DNA from: a virus
DNA length: 39,274 nt
Virus record (IMG/VR): IMGVR_UViG_3300045988_104228
Location: 1 to 39,274 of that record
Strand: one strand, 5' to 3'
Made by a program: the position numbers and the translations under genes
In this document: piece after piece, positions 1 through 4,886 of the stretch
Layout of the letters: each line of letters begins with the position of its first letter
Numbering within the stretch: the stretch's first letter is position 1
Notes under the pieces: generated by a model
Seen by the model: only the letters and a program-made list of their open reading frames with translations
What the model was told of the DNA's origin: nothing
Database searches by the model: none

Positions 1-10
1 ATAACATTAC

Positions 11-40
11 AGTCCTTGAAACTCAATGTTTTCAAGGACT
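11..40. repeat. 11-8-11 inverted repeat AGTCCTTGAAA/ctcaatgt/TTTCAAGGACT; candidate attP core or hairpin (second copy 39166-39195 lies inside the DTR)
   Basis: Perfect 11-bp arms around an 8-bp spacer, about 80 bp from the int stop codon; geometry resembles tyrosine-recombinase core sites. Confidence 0.4.
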
Positions 41-81
41 GTGTTAATTTTAAGGCGGTCTAAAACAGGTTATTTTCGGCT

Positions 82-114
82 CTACAACTAACACACAACT
101 AACACACAACTAAC
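82..114. repeat. Three tandem copies of the 11-bp unit ACACAACTAAC (first copy partial), abutting the int stop codon; candidate arm-type sites
   Basis: ctACAACTAAC ACACAACTAAC ACACAACTAAC read directly; related pair at 39084-39105. Confidence 0.45.
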
Positions 115-118
115 AAAA

Positions 119-778
119 TCAAATTAAATTTGCTTCGCGCAACAGCGTTTGAATTTCCACGTGCGTATAAACTTTCTCGGTCAAATTCATTATCGATTTG
201 TGACCGACTATTTTTTTGAGAATCGTCTGATTTGCATTTGCGGCAACCATGAGCGATATAAAAGTGTGCCTGGTCTCGTGTGGCGTGTGCTCCATGTTGA
301 GCTCGCGCATTAGCGGTTTCCAATAAATTTTTTGAAAATTGTCATAACTGATATGCTCGCCGTTTACCGTGCAGACGGCATATGGACAGTTTGAGCTTGC
401 CATAAATTGCCGCCAAAAGGGCAGAACCTTGTCCGCAATCGGCACTATTCTGATTCCGGCTTTCGTCTTTGATTTCCGAACTTTAAACCACTGCTCGTCA
501 AGGTTAACATCTTCTTTTTTCAAATCTAAAAGCTCGGAAATTCTTACGCCGGAGTAAATCAGCATTAAAATCAGTGGCACATATTTGTTTTTATTGACCT
601 GTGCCCACAGCTTTTCAATTTCCTCTGTCGTAAATGCCGTTCGGGTTTTTGACTCGGTATCATTTGTAACGCTCAACTGGTCGGCATAATTTTTTTTGAT
701 AGCATCGTGCTGTACGCACCAACGGTACAGCTGATTAAACAGGTATTCTGATTCGCTTTTGCATTTGATATCCTGCAC
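119..778 (-). CDS. int: Tyrosine integrase, C-terminal catalytic part (gene interrupted by a frameshift)
   Basis: Catalytic-domain signatures LMLIYSGVRISELLDL (Arg), HETRHTFIS (H-x-x-R), GHKSIMNLTEKVYTHV (His...Tyr). Confidence 0.85.
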   Translation of the reverse strand: MQDIKCKSESEYLFNQLYRWCVQHDAIKKNYADQLSVTNDTESKTRTAFTTEEIEKLWAQVNKNKYVPLILMLIYSGVRISELLDLKKEDVNLDEQWFKVRKSKTKAGIRIVPIADKVLPFWRQFMASSNCPYAVCTVNGEHISYDNFQKIYWKPLMRELNMEHTPHETRHTFISLMVAANANQTILKKIVGHKSIMNLTEKVYTHVEIQTLLREANLI

Positions 779-1154
779 CGCAGTTGTCTATAATATCCTG
801 CATATGCTGCGGGCGTATATCCGCCATTTTCATATCATACAACGGCTCGCAGTGCTTGTATGCCGCGCTGTAATTTCGCGTTGTCGAGCGGTTTGAGTCA
901 TCATCAAATGTATCATCCCACCAACGCTTATATATGTCGGCAAAAGTGACTTTTGACATCTGCAAGTCATACGGATTGTCATTAAATGCCGCGAGGGCTT
1001 GCAGCGCTTCCGCTTTTGTGCGGTAGTATCCGATTGTGGCATATAATTGTTTACCGTTATCATCCCAGCCTATTGTACGCCGCGCAATGTACGGCTTGCG
1101 CCTATTTTTGCCCGATAGCTTGTATACAGAACCGTATCCGTTTGGTAATCGCAT
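735..1154 (-). CDS. int: Tyrosine integrase, N-terminal part (arm-binding and core-binding region); frame ends at TAA 735-737
   Basis: MRLPNGYGSVYKLSGKNRRKPYIARRT... is typical of a phage integrase N-terminus; SD AAAGGAG lies upstream of ATG 1154; overlaps the catalytic-part ORF in another frame. Confidence 0.8.
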   Translation of the reverse strand: MRLPNGYGSVYKLSGKNRRKPYIARRTIGWDDNGKQLYATIGYYRTKAEALQALAAFNDNPYDLQMSKVTFADIYKRWWDDTFDDDSNRSTTRNYSAAYKHCEPLYDMKMADIRPQHMQDIIDNCGAGYQMQKRIRIPV

Positions 1155-1287
1155 AAAAATACCGCTCCTTTGCTTGCATTTAATAGGAGCGGATGATATA
1201 ATGAAGTATATCAATCCACTCTTTTTGCCAAGTTGTGTGTTGCTTCTCTGAGCCCTCGGTGTTCCCGTACCGGGGGTTCTTTTTTAT

Positions 1288-1752
1288 TTAGCTTAAATCT
1301 TTTATCGCGCTCGAAACATCATCGACAAGGTCGAGTCCGACCTGCGTCTTGCCCGTTACTTTGCCGTCGATAAACACGACAGTCGCGCCATAAGTCACGC
1401 CGCCCATATCCTTACTTGACCAAGCGTAGGATTGAGAAGTGCTTTCGCCAATCTGGGAAGACGTAACAAGTTTACCCTCACAGCCGATGATTTTACAGAC
1501 TTGCTCATAGGTCATGCCGTTTTTAATCTTGTTAAACTCGTCGAGCGTAATGTATTCGGTTTCGGGTTCTGTCGTTGTCGGTGTGTCTGTGCCGCCATCT
1601 CCGCTTATCGCTATTGCGGCGATGAGAACGAACAGAAGAACAAATACCACGAGAACAATCTTCCAGCCTTTTGACATCTTTGCTCTTGCACCGCAGTTTG
1701 GGCAAAACTTTTCTTTCTTGCCGAGCTCTGTTCCGCATTTCTTACACTTCAT
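1288..1752 (-). CDS. Membrane-anchored protein: N-terminal zinc-ribbon (CxxC...CxxC), one TM helix, extracellular DUF3862/BLIP-like domain
   Basis: MKCKKCGTEL..FCPNCG, then WKIVLVVFVLLFVLIAAIAI, then a soluble domain; SD AAAGGA upstream. Confidence 0.7.
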   Translation of the reverse strand: MKCKKCGTELGKKEKFCPNCGARAKMSKGWKIVLVVFVLLFVLIAAIAISGDGGTDTPTTTEPETEYITLDEFNKIKNGMTYEQVCKIIGCEGKLVTSSQIGESTSQSYAWSSKDMGGVTYGATVVFIDGKVTGKTQVGLDLVDDVSSAIKDLS

Positions 1753-1770
1753 TTTAATACATCCTTTCTA

Positions 1771-1986
1771 TTATCTGACCGCGCTCAGAAAAGCAACTGC
1801 CTTTCCGAGTATACGGACTTCATTCATCTCTTCTTTAGAGTATATCATATCATCGTAAAGTGGGTTCTCGGGTCTGAGAACGACTTTTGAAGGATATTTG
1901 TAAACTCTTTTTAATGTTGCTTCTTCGCCAATCAGAACGGCAGCTATCTCTCCATCTTCTACATCGGGCTGTTCTCGTATGTATAC
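1771..1986 (-). pseudogene. Orphan C-terminal half of an S24 (LexA/CI-type) peptidase domain, with no start codon
   Basis: Translates to VYIREQPDVEDGEIAAVLIGEEATLKRVYKYPSKVVLRPENPLYDDMIYSKEEMNEVRILGKAVAFLSAVR*; contains the TLKR catalytic-Lys motif; an in-frame stop lies just upstream and there is no ATG/GTG/TTG. Confidence 0.8.
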
Positions 1987-2038
1987 GACATGCAGTTGTT
2001 TTATTTATTTTCGTATGTTATAATTCCGTTGTAGGCTT

Positions 2039-2185
2039 TCAGGAGTGGTAACACAAACTTTCAAAAACTCTCACCATAGCGAGCGTTATGTCCGCTAAAT
2101 CTTCAAGCCTACACTCTTTCGACTTCTGGGCGAGTAGTTGCAGCTGCTCGTTCAGAAGTTTCTCTGCGGTCTCAAACTTTTTCAT
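2039..2185 (-). CDS. Small hypothetical protein (48 aa) downstream of the cro-like gene
   Basis: ATG preceded by AAGGAG at 8 nt; MKKFETAEKLLNEQLQLLAQKSKECRLEDLADITLAMVRVFESLCYHS. Confidence 0.5.
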   Translation of the reverse strand: MKKFETAEKLLNEQLQLLAQKSKECRLEDLADITLAMVRVFESLCYHS

Positions 2186-2242
2186 TTTTTCATCTCCTTT
2201 CCATGTTTAACCTCAGTTTCCATTTTGTGTCTTTTATGACAC

Positions 2243-2446
2243 TTACGCGGCAAAAAAAATAGCAATTATCTGGTCATTGTCAAGGTTAAGCACCGAACAA
2301 ATCTTCTTGATTTCTGACTGCTTAAAGTCGCTTTTTCCTGTGAGCTTATTTGACATAGCTTTTTCGCCTATACCAATAGATTCCGCCAATTTGGCGGCTG
2401 TATATCCACGCTTGACCATCTCGCCTCTGAGTTCCATTTCGTTCAT
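2243..2446 (-). CDS. XRE-family HTH protein, Cro-like (67 aa)
   Basis: MNEMELRGEMVKRGYTAAKLAESIGIGEKAMSNKLTGK... HTH; SD AAGGAGGTG lies 6 nt upstream of ATG 2446 (the ORF-track GTG at 2455 is less likely). Confidence 0.8.
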   Translation of the reverse strand: MNEMELRGEMVKRGYTAAKLAESIGIGEKAMSNKLTGKSDFKQSEIKKICSVLNLDNDQIIAIFFAA

Positions 2447-2471
2447 TGCCTGCACCTCCTTTCATTGTTTC

Positions 2472-2576
2472 GTGCCTTTTAGGACACCTTTATATTATCA
2501 CTCGTTTTGCCGACTGCCAACCCCTAAAAGACACTTTTCAAGATTTTTTTGAAAATTAGTGTTGCTTTTTAGAAAC
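2472..2576. promoter_or_regulatory. Three operator-like copies of TG(C/T)CTTTTAG(G/A) in the divergent promoter region (2472-2487, 2523-2534 inverted, 2563-2576)
   Basis: gtgccttttaggacac; cctaaaagacac (reverse complement gtgtcttttagg); tgctttttagaaac; two copies overlap the -35/-10 elements. Confidence 0.45.
2492..2520 (-). promoter_or_regulatory. Sigma70-type promoter reading leftward (TTGGCA-17-TAATAT)
   Basis: Reverse complement reads TTGGCAgtcggcaaaacgagtgaTAATAT upstream of the cro-like gene. Confidence 0.55.
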
Positions 2577-2590
2577 AGTTATGGTATTAT
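2562..2590 (+). promoter_or_regulatory. Sigma70-type promoter reading rightward (TTGCTT-17-TATTAT)
   Basis: ttgctttttagaaacagttatggtattat, 25 nt upstream of ATG 2615. Confidence 0.55.
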
Positions 2591-2614
2591 TTGATACGAA
2601 AGGAGAGACCATAA

Positions 2615-3796
2615 ATGAATATAGGAGATATAATGCGCACTCGACGTCAAGAACTTGGCTTGACTCTTGAAGAAGTAGGAGATTATGTCGGCGTAGGTAA
2701 AAGCACCGTTAGAAAGTGGGAAAATGGAGATATCGAGAACATGAAGCGAGATAAAATTGCGCTTCTCAGCAAAATTCTCAAGTTAAGCCCTTTGACATTT
2801 ATAACTGGAGAAGTCGAATATGGCACTCCTGACAACATCATCCCTCTCCCAAAAATGAAAAAGATTCCACTACTCGGGACAATAGCTTGTGGAGAACCTA
2901 TTCTGGCGGCTGAAAATATCGAAGCTCTTATCAATGCAGACGAAAATCTCAACGCAGATTTCGCGCTCCGCTGCAAGGGTGACAGTATGATAAATGCCCG
3001 TATATTTGACGGTGATATCGTGAGCTACACAATGAACAACATATCAACCTTTAACAACCCTGCATTCGGCAGTGTGAGAGCTGTCAGTGTGAACGACAAA
3101 CCGTATTTTGTCGGCAGAGATGTCGCCGAGATACTCGGATATAGTAATCCGCGAAAAGCAATCGGCGACCATGTAGACGATGAAGATAAAACCGATGGGG
3201 TAACGATTCGTGACTCCATCGGTAGGGAGCAAAAACCCATAATCATCAACGAGTCAGGTCTTTACAGCCTTATCCTCTCAAGCAAACTCCCAAAAGCCAA
3301 AGAGTTCAAGCGCTGGGTAACGGCGGAAGTGCTTCCGGCAATCCGCAAAACAGGCGGCTATGTCAACGACACGGCACAGTTCGTCGAGAGCTATTTCGGA
3401 CAGCTCGAACCGAATCAGAAACACGCGCTGACGATGATGTTTGACGAGAGCAAAAGAATGAGCGCACAGCTCAAGGAGCAAGCCCCGAAAGTTCTCTTCG
3501 CGAACGCGGTAGAGACGGCACATAACTCGATTCTTATCGGCGACCTTGCGAAAATCATAAGGCAGAACGGCGTTGACATCGGTCAGAAGAGACTTTTCGA
3601 GTGGTTGCGTCAGAACGGATATCTCATCAAAGACGGTCAGAGCAAGAACATGCCGACTCAGAAAGCGATGGAAATGAGTCTCTTCGAGGTCAAAGAAAGC
3701 ACGATAAACAACCCTGACGGCTCGGTGAGAGTTACCCGAACGACAAAGGTCACAGGCAAAGGTCAGACCTATTTTGTCAAGAAATTCTTGTCGTGA
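2615..3796 (+). CDS. Chimeric ORF: XRE HTH plus the N-terminal half of an S24 peptidase (CI/LexA-like, aa 1-136) fused in frame to a BRO-N/KilAC antirepressor
   Basis: HTH LGLTLEEVGDYVGVGKSTVRKWENG; S24 part IPLLGTIACGEPI...CKGDSMINARIFDGDIV; then SYT-MNNISTFNNPAFGSVRAVSVNDKPYFVGRDVAEILGY (BRO-N) and APKVLFANAVETAHNSILIGDLAKII (KilAC/ANT); SD AAAGGAGAG. Confidence 0.85.
   Translation: MNIGDIMRTRRQELGLTLEEVGDYVGVGKSTVRKWENGDIENMKRDKIALLSKILKLSPLTFITGEVEYGTPDNIIPLPKMKKIPLLGTIACGEPILAAENIEALINADENLNADFALRCKGDSMINARIFDGDIVSYTMNNISTFNNPAFGSVRAVSVNDKPYFVGRDVAEILGYSNPRKAIGDHVDDEDKTDGVTIRDSIGREQKPIIINESGLYSLILSSKLPKAKEFKRWVTAEVLPAIRKTGGYVNDTAQFVESYFGQLEPNQKHALTMMFDESKRMSAQLKEQAPKVLFANAVETAHNSILIGDLAKIIRQNGVDIGQKRLFEWLRQNGYLIKDGQSKNMPTQKAMEMSLFEVKESTINNPDGSVRVTRTTKVTGKGQTYFVKKFLS
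3032..3796 (+). CDS. Antirepressor (BRO-N + KilAC domains) as a stand-alone reading frame nested in the chimeric ORF
   Basis: ATG 3032 begins MNNISTFNNPAFG..., the usual N-terminus of BRO-family proteins. Confidence 0.6.
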   Translation: MNNISTFNNPAFGSVRAVSVNDKPYFVGRDVAEILGYSNPRKAIGDHVDDEDKTDGVTIRDSIGREQKPIIINESGLYSLILSSKLPKAKEFKRWVTAEVLPAIRKTGGYVNDTAQFVESYFGQLEPNQKHALTMMFDESKRMSAQLKEQAPKVLFANAVETAHNSILIGDLAKIIRQNGVDIGQKRLFEWLRQNGYLIKDGQSKNMPTQKAMEMSLFEVKESTINNPDGSVRVTRTTKVTGKGQTYFVKKFLS

Positions 3797-3811
3797 AAGG
3801 AGACGAATATC

Positions 3812-4015
3812 ATGCGCAAAATCACAGTAAAAGAAGCGGCGCAAATACTCGGCATGAGCGAGATGTTTGTACGAATAGGTTTACAGCGCGGCAAACTGCC
3901 GATAGGTACGGCGATAAAGCTCAACGGCAACCGCTATACCTATTACATCAACCCAAAACAGCTCGCGGAGTATAGCGGCGCAGAACTGACAAAAGCTGAA
4001 AAGATACACATGTAA
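3812..4015 (+). CDS. Small HTH DNA-binding protein, excisionase (Xis)-like
   Basis: MRKITVKEAAQILGMSEMFVRIGLQRGKLPIG... MerR/Xis-type HTH; position follows the antirepressor. Confidence 0.55.
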   Translation: MRKITVKEAAQILGMSEMFVRIGLQRGKLPIGTAIKLNGNRYTYYINPKQLAEYSGAELTKAEKIHM

Positions 4016-4028
4016 AGGAGGCGGAGCA

Positions 4029-4196
4029 ATGAGGGCGGCTTTGATAGTGTCGATTGTGCTTTTATCGTTAAATGCACTGCTAAATCTTATTACGGCTATA
4101 CACTCGTTGATAACCGATGATGACGAGGGATGTTGGTGTGTGCCAAACTTTTTAGCATCCGTCGCCATGATTATTGTACTCACGCAGCAGCTTTAA
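4029..4196 (+). CDS. Small membrane protein (55 aa)
   Basis: SD AAGGAGG lies 8 nt upstream; two hydrophobic segments (MRAALIVSIVLLSLNALLNLI... ASVAMIIVL). Confidence 0.5.
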   Translation: MRAALIVSIVLLSLNALLNLITAIHSLITDDDEGCWCVPNFLASVAMIIVLTQQL

Positions 4197-4213
4197 GAGA
4201 GGGAGGTATAGCT

Positions 4214-4384
4214 ATGATACTGAAATTTGCAATTCAAACAGTCTTTGAATTTGTCGCGGTCGTACTTATCATCTATGGATTTATTCACGAGGACAAGCTG
4301 ATAGCTTTTGAAGATTCACTCAAGCGCAGAATCAAAAAGAAAGGAGCTGAACGCCATGTACGAGACAACGGCAATCGCTCCTGA
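4214..4384 (+). CDS. Small membrane protein (56 aa)
   Basis: SD GGGAGG upstream; MILKFAIQTVFEFVAVVLIIYGFI followed by a basic tail. Confidence 0.5.
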   Translation: MILKFAIQTVFEFVAVVLIIYGFIHEDKLIAFEDSLKRRIKKKGAERHVRDNGNRS

Positions 4385-4886
4385 AGCATTCAAGATAGCG
4401 GATAGACTTACGCTGTTAATGGAAGAGCACGAACCGCCTGTGACGAGGTTGGAACTGGCAAACGCTGTGGGTTGCCACAAGGACACTATTTCGCGATATT
4501 GCGACGGCACAAATTCCGTGTCGTTCATCTTCGCGATTCGGATTGCTCGATTTTTCAATGTCTCGCTTGATTATCTCGTGGGACTGACAGATAGCAAGGA
4601 GATACCGCAGTGGCAAAAGCCCGGAAAACATAAACACTCAGAGCATTGGCACTTGAAAAACATCTGCAAACGCTGTTATTACCGCCGTGAAATGGTCGGG
4701 CTTGCAGGGATAAGCGGATTTGATATCGAGTACGACAACAAAGCTTGTCACTACACACTCGACACAGGCAAGTTCCGCGAGATAGAGGCGACGGACATGG
4801 AGTGCCCGTATTTTCGCCCCAAAAGAAGAGAAAGGAAAGTTGTTTCCCCGGCATGGGACAAGATGAAAAGCGATGAAAACATATGA
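4356..4886 (+). CDS. XRE-family HTH protein with a Cys/His-rich C-terminal region
   Basis: RLELANAVGCHKDTISRYCDGTNSVSFIFAIRIARFFNVSLDYLVGL HTH; SD AAAGGAG before ATG 4356. Confidence 0.7.
   Translation: MYETTAIAPEAFKIADRLTLLMEEHEPPVTRLELANAVGCHKDTISRYCDGTNSVSFIFAIRIARFFNVSLDYLVGLTDSKEIPQWQKPGKHKHSEHWHLKNICKRCYYRREMVGLAGISGFDIEYDNKACHYTLDTGKFREIEATDMECPYFRPKRRERKVVSPAWDKMKSDENI

Larger units (their letters stand above)
1..119. repeat. Direct terminal repeat, left copy
   Basis: Exact identity with 39156-39274 by direct comparison. Confidence 0.95.

Noticed and set aside
1250-1285. The hairpin CCCTCGG-tgttcccgta-CCGGGGG as the terminator of the minus-strand gene 1288-1752.
   Set aside because: The T-run (TTCTTTTTTA) follows the stem on the plus strand, not the minus strand. 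It is oriented to stop rightward (antisense-to-int) transcription. It is mentioned under the 39012 promoter finding and not listed as a feature.
1960-3060. Long inverted repeats at the inversion break points, as expected for a dedicated invertase site.
   Set aside because: Comparing 1961-2040 with the reverse complement of 2981-3060 shows only the TCGT microhomology and a weak GTTGTT..ATT similarity. A crossover in that weak similarity would put the repressor out of frame. No serine invertase gene is present. The inversion itself is kept as a finding, but a classical Hin/Gin-type inverton is not supported.
3278-3844. Long antisense or alternative-frame ORFs from the track. Examples: 3278-3844(-), 9869-10453(-), 12703-13209(-), 25565-25963(-), 27041-27478(-), 30097-30561(-), 35895-36560(-), 36645-37184(-), 34047-34520(-), 32270-32677(-), 35255-35752(+), 38322-38819(+).
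   Set aside because: Each lies entirely opposite or out of frame to a gene with clear domain signatures and an SD. Their translations are Arg/Ser/Cys/Leu-rich shadow-ORF sequences, and no SD precedes their starts.
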